Made by a program: the position numbers and the translations under genes
The notes under the pieces: model-generated
The model's database searches: none
What the model saw: only the letters and a program-made list of their open reading frames with translations
Told to the model about the DNA's origin: nothing
Origin: Candidatus Harrisonbacteria bacterium
Lineage (GTDB): Bacteria; Patescibacteriota; Minisyncoccia; UBA6257; UBA11618
NCBI GenBank assembly: GCA_016867415.1
Contig: VGJO01000002.1
Location: forward strand, 118,472 to 182,471
Direction: 5' to 3'
Length of the DNA stretch: 64,000 nucleotides
Shown: piece by piece, positions 16,529 through 26,416 of the stretch
Layout: each line of letters starts with the position of its first letter
Position numbering within the stretch: the stretch's first letter is position 1

Positions 16529-19500
16529 TTAAATAGATTTTATCTTCTCGAGTATAAATTTTGGTTCTCCGTTCCTATGACTCATTCGGCCTGAGGCGAG
16601 AATGATTCTCCCCTCCGCCCATTCAAAATTCTTATACTCCTCCACCGTCCGAGGAAATACAATCATCTCGAGTGAATCCCGCGCATCATTCAAGTTTACA
16701 AACATCATCGACTGATTATTCTTGGTAAGAATCTTTTTCACACTTGTCATGAGCCCCGCCACCGCAAAACTCGCCTTCTCATTTGTGACTCCCATCGCGT
16801 CCCTGAGTGTCCGCGCCGTAAGTTTCCCCCGATACGGATTAAACGGATGATCCGAGATATAAAGGCCGAGAAGCTCCTTCTCCCACTCGAGCTTCTGCTT
16901 CACACTCGCGGGTGCTACCTCCTTGAGCTTCAACTGCCCCTTAAACTCATCCTTCATTCCAAAAAGTGATCCCGCCGCCTTCTTCTTATACTCCCTGAGT
17001 AGCTGGCTATACCGCAAAATCTCATCCAAATTTTCATTCGCCATATTCCGCTCGACGCCGAGAGAATCAAAAACTCCGCACTTCACGAGCGCCTCAAGCG
17101 ACTTTTTATTAAGATCCCGATGCTCAATCCGGTTCAAAATATCCCGCATTGTCTTATATGCTCCCCCTCGTCCCCGCTCCTCAATCAAAAGCTTTACGAT
17201 ATTTTCCCCCACATTTTTAATCGCGAGGAGTCCAAATCGAATCTCCAGCTTCTCAGGATACGGTGCAAACTCCACCTCGCTCTCATTGATATCCGGCGGC
17301 AACACTTTGATCCGCATCTTCCGACATTCCTCCACAAGAAACGCCACCCGCTCAATATCCCCCGCATCGTTATTTAAGAGTGCCGTCATAAATTCCACGG
17401 GATAATGCGCCCGCAAATATGCTGTCTGATAGCCAATAAAGGCATAGCAGACCGCGTGCGATTTATTAAATCCATATCGCGCAAACGGTGGAAAGAGCTC
17501 CCAGATCTGGACCGCAATATGATCCGGAATTCCGTTTTCAATCATTCCTTTTGTGAGCTTCTCCCGCTGTTCTTCCAAAAGTGCCTTAATCTTTTTCCCG
17601 ATTGCCTTGCGAAGCGTATCCGCCTCAGCGAGCGTATAGCCGGCGAGATCCCGCGCGATTCGCATCATCTGCTCCTGATAGAGACCGATCCCATACGTGT
17701 CCCGCATGATTGGCTCGAGTCCCGGATGCAAATAGGTCGTCTCCTCTCGCCCATGCTTTCTCGCGATAAACGATGGGATAAGATCCATCGGCCCCGGCCG
17801 ATACGCGGCGACCAATGCCACCAGGTCATCGAGCCGTGTGGGTTGGAGCTCCTTCATATACCGCCGCATACCCGACGATTCAAATTGAAAGACTCCCGTC
17901 GTCTCCCCCCGCTGGAGCATCTCATATGTCTCTGGGTCATCAAGCGGCAAAGTATTAATGTCCACATGCCCCTTTCCGTTTTCTTTAATCAGTCGCACTG
18001 TCTCCTCCATGATCGATAAATTTTTCAGTCCTAAGATATCCATCTTAAGAAGTCCTAGAGACTCAATCGCATGCATTTCAAATTGAGTGATAATCGCCGA
18101 TTCATCCTGTGGCGCATACTGAAGCGGTACATAGTGTGAAAGCGGCTTATCCCCGATCACGATGCCGCAGGCATGCACAGACGCGTGCCGCGTGAGTCCC
18201 TCGAGCTTCCGGGACGCATCGATGATCTGCTTTGCGTCCGCCTCTTTTTCATAGAGCTCTTTGAGCTCTGGCACCGTATCCATCGCCGTCTCCAAGTCCT
18301 CATTAAATGGGATTAGTTTTGCCACCCGATCGCAAAAGCCATAGCTCACTCCAAGCGCTCGCCCCGCATCCCGCACCGCCGCCCGCGCTGCCATCGTCCC
18401 AAAAGTGATAATATTAGCCACTTGATCCTTCCCATATTTATCCCGCAGATATTGCACCACTCGATCCCGCCCCTTATCCGCGATATCGGTATCGATATCC
18501 GGCATTTGAATACGATCGGGGTTTAAAAACCGTTCAAAAAGCAAATCATATTTCAATGGATCCACGTTCGTGATCCCAGTGATATACGCCACGATCGATC
18601 CGGCCGCCGAGCCTCTCCCTGGTCCCACGATGATCCCTTGGCTCCGCGCCCAAGCTATAAAATCCTGCACGATAAGAAAATATGCCGGATACCCCATCCG
18701 CTCGATGACCGAGAGCTCATACTCCACCCGATCTAGCACTATTTTATTTGGCTCCGCCCCATACCGTGTTGGCAGTCGCCCTTCTACAATTTTTCTCAAG
18801 TATGTCGCCGCTGTCTCATCTTCAGGCAAGGGAAATTTGGGCAAAATGGTTTTCCCCAGTTCCAACGTTACCTTGCATCGCTCCGCGATTTTTCCCGTGT
18901 TCTCAATCGCCTCCGGCAAATCGACAAAACATTCCCGCATCATGGCCTCACTCCTCATGGAGAAATCATCCATCCGCATGCCGCCTGCCTTCCCTGCAAT
19001 CTTTCTTGGCCCCTGAGCCTCTCCCTCCACATTACCGCTATGCAGCTTATTGCTCATCTGCACCGCGAGCAGTATCTCATGATATGGCGCATCCTCCTTC
19101 TTCTTATAGTGCACGTCCTGTGTGGCAACCAGTGGCGCCCCGATCTCCTTGCTTATCCAAAGCAACCCCGCCCGCACTCGCTCATGATCTTCTGGAAAAC
19201 ATTTCGGGTGATGCGACACTTCAATAAAATAATTATCTTTGCCAAAAATATTCTGATGGCGCTTCGCCGCCTCCAATGCCTCCTCCCGCTTCCCCAATAG
19301 CAAGTTGCGAATCACCTCGCCCGAATAGCATCCCGAGAGCGCAATCAGCCCCTCGTGATACTCTGAAAGGAGCTCCATATCCATCCGCGGCTTATAATAA
19401 AAACCCTCAAGATTCGCCCGAGTAGTCAGCTGAATCAAATTTTTCCACCCTGTCTCGTTTTCGCAAAGAAGCGTGAGGTGATAGTACTTATTATCCACTC

Positions 19501-19780
19501 CATGCACCTTCTCGTGCCGACTCCTTGGCGCCACATAGGCCTCCACTCCCAAGATCGGCTGAATCCCCACCTTTTTGGTCTTCTCATAAAATTCGATAAG
19601 CCCATACATATTCCCGTGGTCCGTAAGCGCCACCGCTCCCATCCTCATCTCCTTTGCCCCAGCAATGATGTCCTCGATCTTCATCAGTCCATCCAAAAGC
19701 GAAAAATGCGAGTGTAGATGCAGATGGACAAAACCCCTCTTCTCCCCTTCCATATGCCTCCATTCTAATACCTCCTTCAA
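16529..19780 (-). CDS. dnaE: DNA polymerase III alpha subunit
   Basis: 1083 aa; N-terminal PHP domain FVHLHLHSHFSLLDG; polymerase core; C-terminal OB region; true start may be an internal Met about 9 codons in. Confidence 0.92.
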   Translation of the reverse strand: MKEVLEWRHMEGEKRGFVHLHLHSHFSLLDGLMKIEDIIAGAKEMRMGAVALTDHGNMYGLIEFYEKTKKVGIQPILGVEAYVAPRSRHEKVHGVDNKYYHLTLLCENETGWKNLIQLTTRANLEGFYYKPRMDMELLSEYHEGLIALSGCYSGEVIRNLLLGKREEALEAAKRHQNIFGKDNYFIEVSHHPKCFPEDHERVRAGLLWISKEIGAPLVATQDVHYKKKEDAPYHEILLAVQMSNKLHSGNVEGEAQGPRKIAGKAGGMRMDDFSMRSEAMMRECFVDLPEAIENTGKIAERCKVTLELGKTILPKFPLPEDETAATYLRKIVEGRLPTRYGAEPNKIVLDRVEYELSVIERMGYPAYFLIVQDFIAWARSQGIIVGPGRGSAAGSIVAYITGITNVDPLKYDLLFERFLNPDRIQMPDIDTDIADKGRDRVVQYLRDKYGKDQVANIITFGTMAARAAVRDAGRALGVSYGFCDRVAKLIPFNEDLETAMDTVPELKELYEKEADAKQIIDASRKLEGLTRHASVHACGIVIGDKPLSHYVPLQYAPQDESAIITQFEMHAIESLGLLKMDILGLKNLSIMEETVRLIKENGKGHVDINTLPLDDPETYEMLQRGETTGVFQFESSGMRRYMKELQPTRLDDLVALVAAYRPGPMDLIPSFIARKHGREETTYLHPGLEPIMRDTYGIGLYQEQMMRIARDLAGYTLAEADTLRKAIGKKIKALLEEQREKLTKGMIENGIPDHIAVQIWELFPPFARYGFNKSHAVCYAFIGYQTAYLRAHYPVEFMTALLNNDAGDIERVAFLVEECRKMRIKVLPPDINESEVEFAPYPEKLEIRFGLLAIKNVGENIVKLLIEERGRGGAYKTMRDILNRIEHRDLNKKSLEALVKCGVFDSLGVERNMANENLDEILRYSQLLREYKKKAAGSLFGMKDEFKGQLKLKEVAPASVKQKLEWEKELLGLYISDHPFNPYRGKLTARTLRDAMGVTNEKASFAVAGLMTSVKKILTKNNQSMMFVNLNDARDSLEMIVFPRTVEEYKNFEWAEGRIILASGRMSHRNGEPKFILEKIKSI

Positions 19781-19902
19781 ACCCCGCTTCCTCTCCTGTG
19801 TATATCTTTTTCAAAAAAACATTCCTAATTTTTTTTCAAATCCACACCTCTCATCCACCGTCAAAAAGAAAAAGAGGGCCATTTGCCCTCTCTTTAGGAA
19901 AT

Positions 19903-20595
19903 TTAGTCTCCTTTTAAATAAAATATTGGAAGAATTTCTTCTTCAAGAATTTTCTTAATTTCTCCAATTCTTTGAATTTCAACCTGAGAAATAATTCCAA
20001 ATCCTTGAAGAATTCTTTGATAACCAAGAATTGTCTTTTGAGATAAGAGGCATTTCTCAGTCTCCCTGTTCCACGCACGCCTATTCTTTTGCTCCGAAAA
20101 AAAGACTTTTATCAAATGCAAGGTAGGTGTTAGAAATAAAGATCCTTTTGCAATGATTCTCAGCCTCCCTGTTCCATCAAGCTCTGCGGCAGCAATACCT
20201 TCAATTCTATGAAAGATCTTAGGTAATGTTGGAAATAGAGATCCTTTTGCAATAATTCTTGGAAGAAAAAGAAATGTGTTAAGCATCTCAAATGCCAACA
20301 TCTCCACTTGCTCCGCTTCTAAATCACTGCATAAAGAAGATAACTTTTCGGTCTCTGTCTCAAAATCAGAAAGCAAATGGACATGAGCTTCCCATTCTAA
20401 AAAATCATCCTCTTCCATGTTTTTTTCAATATATTCCAAAAACACAAAAGAAAAATGATTTAGTTCAAAGATTGATTTATAAAACAAATATCCTGCATTT
20501 TTTCCATAAATCTGATTGGTGAGAGTAAAAAAAATTTCACTCCAAAATCCTTGAGAAACCAAAAGTAGTTCTTCTTGATTCTGAGTTAATTTCAT
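19903..20595 (-). CDS. hypothetical protein with internal ~100-bp imperfect tandem duplication
   Basis: 230 aa; duplicated peptide RIIAKGSLF.TP/LPKIF; nucleotide repeats near 20058 and 20155 share ttctcag.ctccctgttcca. Confidence 0.4.
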   Translation of the reverse strand: MKLTQNQEELLLVSQGFWSEIFFTLTNQIYGKNAGYLFYKSIFELNHFSFVFLEYIEKNMEEDDFLEWEAHVHLLSDFETETEKLSSLCSDLEAEQVEMLAFEMLNTFLFLPRIIAKGSLFPTLPKIFHRIEGIAAAELDGTGRLRIIAKGSLFLTPTLHLIKVFFSEQKNRRAWNRETEKCLLSQKTILGYQRILQGFGIISQVEIQRIGEIKKILEEEILPIFYLKGD

Positions 20596-20746
20596 TCGAT
20601 ATCTCCCTTAAAACCTAGCTATATTTAACCAGGTAATACTATAAAATTTCCAAAGTACTTTATTAATAAATATCAATTAATTAGATTATTGTCAATATCT
20701 CCCAAAAACCAAAAATATATGTAAGAATAAAGGAAATATTCTACCT

Positions 20747-22495
20747 ATGCCTTCCAAAAAGACCGCCATTTCTTCCCTCGATGCCATCCGCCATTCCCTC
20801 TCCCATGTCCTCGCAATCGCCGTATTAAAAAAATTCCCCGATGCTAAGCTCGCTATCGGCCCCACAATCGACGATGGCTTTTATTATGACTTCCTTCTCC
20901 CCTCCCCGCTCTCAATCGACGATCTCCCTGAACTCGAAGAATCTATGCGAGAGATCATCAAAGCTAATCTTCCCTTCTCCGGCGAAAAAGTAAGCGCGAA
21001 GATTGCCCGGGATTTTCTCCCCGACGCCCCCTTCAAACATGAATTAATTGATGAGCTCGAAAAAAAAGGCGAAGAAATCTCACTGTATAAGACTGGCGAC
21101 GCCTTCATCGATCTCTGTCGCGGTGGCCATGTGAATAATACGAGCGAAATCCCGCTCGACTCCTGGAAGCTTCACAAAGTCGCTGGTGCCTACTGGCGCG
21201 GCGACAATAAACGCGAGCAACTCACTCGCATCTATGGTCTCGCTTTCGAGTCAAAAACCGCCCTCGATGCTCACCTCACGCTCCTTGCTGAAGCCGAAAA
21301 ACGCGACCACAAGAAACTCGGTCCCGAGCTTGGCCTCTTTTTCTTTCACGACACTGCCCCGGGCATGGCCTACTGGCTCCCTAAGGGCATGATCGTCATG
21401 AATGAACTTGTTAATTTCTGGCGCAAAGAGCATGAAGCTCGTGGCTACAGTGAGATCAGTTCCCCACTCATCAACAAAAAAGCTCTCTGGGAGACCTCCG
21501 GCCACTGGGAACACTATAAGGATGATATGTTTATTTGCGACCACGGCGAAGATGAAGTCTATGGTGTCAAAGCCATGAACTGCCCCAATGCCATGATCGT
21601 CTTTGGCTCCACCACTCGCAGTTACCGCGATCTCCCTCTCCGCCTTTCCGATACCGATATGCTCCATCGTCATGAGCTTTCCGGCACCTTAAATGGCCTT
21701 CTCCGCGTACGGAGTTTCCGCCAAGATGATTCTCACAATTTCATCACCGAAGATATGGTAAAAAGCGAATACGAAGCCATCCTCGAGATCGCCGACCGCT
21801 TTTATTCCATTTTTGATTTGAAGTACCGTCTCCGCCTCAGTACCCGACCCGAGAAATTCCTAGGTGATAAAGAGACCTGGGACAGAGCCGAACGAGAACT
21901 AAAAGAAATCTTAGATACCCGCTGCGGTAAAGATGGTTACGAAATTGCCGAGGGCGATGGCGCCTTCTATGGACCAAAAATAGACATCGTGATGGAAGAT
22001 GCCCTAGGCCGAAAGTGGCAAATGGGCACCATCCAGCTCGACTTCCAGCAGCCCCGTCGCTTTAATCTCGAGTACACGGGTGCCGATGGCAAAAAACATA
22101 CTCCCATCGTCATTCACCGAGTCATCTATGGATCGCTCGAGCGCTTCATTGGAATCTTGATTGAACACACTGCCGGCCATTTCCCTCTCTGGCTCTCCCC
22201 GGTCCAAGTAAAGATAGTAAATGTCGGCCTCGACCATGAAGCGTTTGCTAGTAAACTCAAGGATGAATTAAAAATTGCCGGCATTCGCGCTGAGCTAGAT
22301 GCCAGTAACGAAACCCTCGGAAAAAAAATCCGCACCGCCCGCCTCGAAAAAGTCCCCTACCTCATCGTCGTTGGCGACAATGAAATCAGCTCCAAGAACT
22401 TCAATCTTGAAGCCCGCGAAAAAGAAAAGAATTATACGGGTGGAAAAGACGAGCTCATCTCCCACCTCCACTCCCTCATTAAAGCTAAAAAATAA
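20747..22495 (+). CDS. thrS: Threonyl-tRNA synthetase (lacks N-terminal TGS domain)
   Basis: 582 aa; begins at editing-domain motif RHSLSHVLAIAV (HxxxH); class II motifs incl. HRHELSGTLNGLLRVRSFRQDDSHNF; C-terminal anticodon-binding domain. Confidence 0.88.
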   Translation: MPSKKTAISSLDAIRHSLSHVLAIAVLKKFPDAKLAIGPTIDDGFYYDFLLPSPLSIDDLPELEESMREIIKANLPFSGEKVSAKIARDFLPDAPFKHELIDELEKKGEEISLYKTGDAFIDLCRGGHVNNTSEIPLDSWKLHKVAGAYWRGDNKREQLTRIYGLAFESKTALDAHLTLLAEAEKRDHKKLGPELGLFFFHDTAPGMAYWLPKGMIVMNELVNFWRKEHEARGYSEISSPLINKKALWETSGHWEHYKDDMFICDHGEDEVYGVKAMNCPNAMIVFGSTTRSYRDLPLRLSDTDMLHRHELSGTLNGLLRVRSFRQDDSHNFITEDMVKSEYEAILEIADRFYSIFDLKYRLRLSTRPEKFLGDKETWDRAERELKEILDTRCGKDGYEIAEGDGAFYGPKIDIVMEDALGRKWQMGTIQLDFQQPRRFNLEYTGADGKKHTPIVIHRVIYGSLERFIGILIEHTAGHFPLWLSPVQVKIVNVGLDHEAFASKLKDELKIAGIRAELDASNETLGKKIRTARLEKVPYLIVVGDNEISSKNFNLEAREKEKNYTGGKDELISHLHSLIKAKK

Positions 22496-22957
22496 TCCTC
22501 TTGCTTTACCTTTCTCCCTATGCTTTAATAAAAAGATATTTTTTAGAACCTTGTCAATTTAACCCCGAATCCATCATTGGATTCACTTCTAAGAAAGGAA
22601 AAGGAATATGTTGCAACGCGCCTATTCGACCCAAAGTAGGAGACTCCGGTCAAGTAAAGCGCGCAAACCAAAGTTTATTTTTGCTCTATTTCATCGAAGG
22701 ACCAAAAAAAAACCTTGGGAAAAAATCCCCAGGGAAGTGACTGCCAGTCATCTCCACGAGGCTATCGTCGCTTTTGTGGAAATTCCCGAAGGCAATCATT
22801 TGCGCAAACATCAGCCCGTGAGCCGCAACGAAAATGGCAAGATCACGAGCTTTCATCCAGAGACCACTCATCTCAAAGTGGATCTTGTTGAGAGTTATTC
22901 TTAACTCTCTTCAAATCTTTCCTGTATTTCCCTCTTCATCATTTCTACAAATAGGAT

Positions 22958-23278
22958 ATGAAGCCTATGTCTGCAAAAATCCGGTCACAAAAAAGTCTCC
23001 CGGTCTCAATCCTCTCCCATTTCTCCTTCTACATCTGGCAAGAAAAGAGTTGGGAAGAAACACCGATCAAGACTTACGCCTTGAGTAAAGGAGACGCCCT
23101 TCAAAAAATGAAGCGGCGCATCCCTGATAAATTTCAAAAAATCGCCTTCCATCCCTCAGGAAATGAAGAAAGCGTCTTCACCCGCCTCACAAATTCTTTC
23201 AAAGTCGATACATCAGGCCTCGGCACTCACAAAGATCCCATAAACGAATCTCTCCCTCAAAGAAAAGCCACAGCCTGA
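22958..23278 (+). CDS. hypothetical small protein (followed by its own terminator)
   Basis: 106-aa ORF ending 20 nt before a strong hairpin + T-tract; no recognisable motif. Confidence 0.3.
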   Translation: MKPMSAKIRSQKSLPVSILSHFSFYIWQEKSWEETPIKTYALSKGDALQKMKRRIPDKFQKIAFHPSGNEESVFTRLTNSFKVDTSGLGTHKDPINESLPQRKATA

Positions 23279-23297
23279 CTTCTCCCCTCTTTCTCCC

Positions 23298-23330
23298 GCC
23301 CCGGACAATCGTGTCCGGGGATTTTTTTAT
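23298..23330 (+). terminator. Rho-independent terminator
   Basis: ccccggaca-atcg-tgtccgggg followed by atttttttat. Confidence 0.65.
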
Positions 23331-23339
23331 CTTGTCATT

Positions 23340-23675
23340 CCAGATTAAATCTAGAATCTATATAAATAAAAAGCTTGAGCGATAGCAAAAGCTCACCTAA
23401 GGTGTAAACCTTCGTTTCATAAAAACGAAGAAATCAATCTTTGATTAAAAAAAGTCGGAGACTTTTTACTCCCTCCTCCACTACTCACGCCACCCAATCT
23501 CTCTACTACCAAAGAAACTTTTATCTTCTCCTAAAATGACCATCCACAGAAAAATGGCATGGTTTTTTTATGGTAATGCTTTTTCTTCTTCTGTCCTCAA
23601 CGGATTGCCATAAAAAAAATTTTCAAGGACAGAAGAAAAAGCCGCTGGGCTTTTTATGGGTCACGGAAGGAAAAG
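23340..23675 (+). repeat. Family B composite repeat, near-full copy B1
   Basis: ataaataaaaagc...cttcgtttcataaaaacgaag...aaaaaagtcggagacttttt...ccaaagaaactttt...atgaccatccacagaaaaatggcatggttttttt...ttttcaaggacagaag...gggtcacggaagg. Confidence 0.65.
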
Positions 23676-23701
23676 AGAAAGTTTCTAAAAAACAATAAGC
23701 T

Positions 23702-25117
23702 TTATCTCTTTAAGATATCCAGTAAAACAGACTTGATAATCTCTGGATTTCCTTGGCCTTTTAATTCCCTCATCACTTGTCCTAAGAAAAACTGGAGAAG
23801 ATTTTTATTTCCTGCCCTATATCTCATTACCACCTCTTCATTTTCAGAAACCACTTTCTCCACTACCTCCTGAATTCTCTTCTTATCCGAAATCTGTCCC
23901 AACCCCCTCTCTTCCACCAGTTTTTTTGGCGAAATTCCTTTCTCTTGCATCACTCCAATCAAATCCTTCGCTGTTCGGCTATTTATCTCTCCACTACTTA
24001 AAAGATAAATGAGCTCGGAAAGTGCCAAGGGCTTTATCCGTAGCCCCTCAAACTCCACTCCCTTTTCTTTCAAAAAACCAAAAATATCTGACGTTAAATA
24101 ATTATAGACTAGTCCCGCCTGACGCTTATCTTTAAGCTCCGATACCGCCTCCTCAAAATATTCCGCTATTTTTGGATCTTCTATCAAAATATCTGCCTGT
24201 TCTCTTGTAAGTTCATATTCCTTAGTCATCCGGACTCGCTTTTCCTCCGGAAGTTCTGGGATACTCCGCCGTATTTCTTCTATCTTAAATGCCTCTTTGG
24301 TAAACGGTGGCAAATCCGGCTCTGGAAAATAGCGGTAGTCATGCGCCTCTTCCTTGCTCCGCTGAGATACTGTTTTTTTCTCCACATCATCCCATCCGCG
24401 TGTTTCCTGCGTTACTTTCTCTCCATTCTTGATCAGCTCTTCCTGTCGCGCCGCTTCATAATCAATCGCGTCCGCGAGCGCCTTAAAGCTATTAATATTT
24501 TTTACCTCTACCTTCGTCCCCATGTTAAGCGACACGTTAGCCTCGAGCCGCATCTCTCCCCGCTCCATATTTCCGCCTGATACATTGAGGTACCGCAAAA
24601 TCCGCTGGAGCTCCTCGGCAAATTCTTTCGCCTGCTCCGCACTCCGGATGTCCGGCTCAGTCACAAGCTCCATGAGCGGCACCCCCGCCCGATTTAAGTC
24701 CACAAGACTCGCGTCTTTTGCGTGAGCAAGCCGCCCCGCATCCTCCTCCAAATGAATCCGAGTAATCCCTACCCCCAAGAGCTTTCCACCCGAAACAATT
24801 GGCTCATCATATTGCGAGATCTGATACCCCTTTGGCAGATCCGGATAAAAATAATTCTTCCTATCAAATTTCGCCCGACCGCTCGGAAATATCTCTCCGC
24901 CCAAAGCTAATCCCACCTTGATCACCGACTCAATTGCTTTTTTGTTTGCGACCGGCAGTGCCCCCGGATGCCCCGCGCAGATCGGGCAGACATGCTCATT
25001 CGGCCGGCCCTGATGCGGATCATTCAGACACTCGCAAAACATCTTCGTCTTCGTAAGTAGCTCCGCGTGAATCTCTAAGCCCACCGTCACCTGATATTTC
25101 TTCTCCCTACTTTCCAT
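23702..25117 (-). CDS. gatB: Asp-tRNA(Asn)/Glu-tRNA(Gln) amidotransferase subunit B
   Basis: ORF 23702..25237; GatB motifs YQVTVGLEIHAELLTKTKMFC...NEHVCPICAGHPGALP; start moved to internal MESREKK. Confidence 0.88.
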   Translation of the reverse strand: MESREKKYQVTVGLEIHAELLTKTKMFCECLNDPHQGRPNEHVCPICAGHPGALPVANKKAIESVIKVGLALGGEIFPSGRAKFDRKNYFYPDLPKGYQISQYDEPIVSGGKLLGVGITRIHLEEDAGRLAHAKDASLVDLNRAGVPLMELVTEPDIRSAEQAKEFAEELQRILRYLNVSGGNMERGEMRLEANVSLNMGTKVEVKNINSFKALADAIDYEAARQEELIKNGEKVTQETRGWDDVEKKTVSQRSKEEAHDYRYFPEPDLPPFTKEAFKIEEIRRSIPELPEEKRVRMTKEYELTREQADILIEDPKIAEYFEEAVSELKDKRQAGLVYNYLTSDIFGFLKEKGVEFEGLRIKPLALSELIYLLSSGEINSRTAKDLIGVMQEKGISPKKLVEERGLGQISDKKRIQEVVEKVVSENEEVVMRYRAGNKNLLQFFLGQVMRELKGQGNPEIIKSVLLDILKR

Positions 25118-25310
25118 AACTATTGCTCCCGCATTCTCCCACATTTCCTCTCTTTTTTCCACATTGCTTCTCCATAACGTACTCGTGATGGAAGGATCCG
25201 AAATCCAGTACATATACTTTGTCACTATAAGCGGCATTATATAAATTCTCTCCGTTTTTTCGTTTTCTAATTTCCAAATACTAATTACTAAACACTCTTT
25301 TATCTTGAGC

Positions 25311-25607
25311 TTATCGAAAGATAAAAAAAGAACTCCTGCAAGAGCCCTTTTGTAATAGGAAAAGAGAATTTCCGACTCTGCCGCCGAAAGTGATCACCTT
25401 AATCCCAAAAGTGCCGGTGAGCATTCCTTTGATAATTTGCCCAATCGAAGTTGGGTAGCGAGGCATATCCACCATACACACCTCAATCCCTCCTCCTAAT
25501 TGACCCTTAAGCCAATGACAGAGAAGTGGGGATTGGGTCGCCTTACCAGCTCCATCCGGCCCCTCGATCGCCACCGACACATGCTCCGGCTTCAGAGAAA
25601 AACTCAT
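25311..25607 (-). pseudogene. tmk: Thymidylate kinase N-terminal fragment (truncated after ~90 aa)
   Basis: VAIEGPDGAGKATQS P-loop and MPRYPTSIGQIIKGML (compare LRFPERSTEIGKLL in eukaryote/archaeal-type TMPK); ORF terminates early, no room for the rest before gatB. Confidence 0.5.
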
Positions 25608-25711
25608 AATTCCTTTCCCTTCTCTTTCTCTAAAAGTAAAAAGTTTTCAAACTCATTTTTTGTGAAAAATGAGAAACCGCCCCCACTCTACCAAACTCTC
25701 TCCCCTTCTGC

Positions 25712-25737
25712 AAATAAAAAACCGCGGAAACGGTTTT
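25712..25737 (-). terminator. Terminator candidate downstream of rplK
   Basis: aaaccg-cggaaa-cggttt hairpin with T-run on minus strand. Confidence 0.35.
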
Positions 25738-25899
25738 TTAGAAAAGAATAACACTACACAAAGAAAAGACGTGACTAACAGAATAGTTTCTGAGATAAAA
25801 TTTCCAAGATCAAGGCGTAAGAAAATTTTTACGAGGGTAGCTGTACAAAGGAGTACTGCGACTGAGAAAAATTTTCTTGCAACGATGATATTGGGAATT

Positions 25900-26331
25900 T
25901 TAGCCAGAAATCTCGATGCCCATATTCTTGGCCGTCCCCGCAATAATCTTAATCGCCGCCGCTTCATCATAGGCATTTAAGTCATTCTTCTTGCGCTCGG
26001 CAATTTCCTTCACCTGTGCCATCGTCACTTTTCCCACGATAGTCTTAGCCCCTGTCGCCGATCCCTTTTCAATCCCCGCCGCCTTCTTAAGCAAGACCGA
26101 GGCCGGAGGAGTACCGAGAGTGAAGCTAAAACTTCGATCTTCATAGACGGTAATGAGCGCTGGTACCATCTCGCCTGGCGTCATGTCCTTGGTCGCGTCA
26201 TTAAACTCCTTGCAAAAACCGGCAATGTTAATACCGTGCTGACCAAGCGCCGGACCAATAGGAGGCGCTGGATTTGCCTGCTTGGCCGGAGCCAAGAGCT
26301 TTAATGTAGTTTTAATAGGTTTTCCTGCCAT
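25900..26331 (-). CDS. rplK: 50S ribosomal protein L11
   Basis: 143 aa; [27 protein letters not shown] and C-terminal [15 protein letters not shown] typical of L11. Confidence 0.93.
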   Translation of the reverse strand: MAGKPIKTTLKLLAPAKQANPAPPIGPALGQHGINIAGFCKEFNDATKDMTPGEMVPALITVYEDRSFSFTLGTPPASVLLKKAAGIEKGSATGAKTIVGKVTMAQVKEIAERKKNDLNAYDEAAAIKIIAGTAKNMGIEISG

Positions 26332-26416
26332 ATCTCTAAAAAGTCCCTCTATAGTATCAAACTAATCTAAAAAACGCAAATAAATCTTATTCCAAAAATT
26401 TTGATTACTTTCGTAC

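Noticed and set aside
16326-16532. Plus-strand ORFs running through family A copies (also 707..937, 26445..26678, 50673..50858)
   Set aside because: Reading frame is not conserved between copies (different copies would be read in different frames), so the repeats are non-coding.
19584-19814. Antisense and overlapping small ORFs inside dnaE, gyrB, alaS, smc and other large genes (many entries in the ORF track)
   Set aside because: They lie within well-supported long CDSs on the opposite strand or in alternative frames and show amino-acid-biased composition typical of spurious ORFs.
23021-23045. Shared peptide/nucleotide motif FSFYIWQ (ttctcctt.tacat.tggcaag) with 29515-29540
   Set aside because: Only about 23 nt of similarity at two sites, both inside doubtful ORFs; insufficient to call a repeat or regulatory motif.
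25653-25980. Two mutually overlapping ~105-aa ORFs on opposite strands downstream of rplK
   Set aside because: Low-complexity, basic-residue-rich translations with no motif; the region more likely holds the rplK terminator and untranslated spacer.
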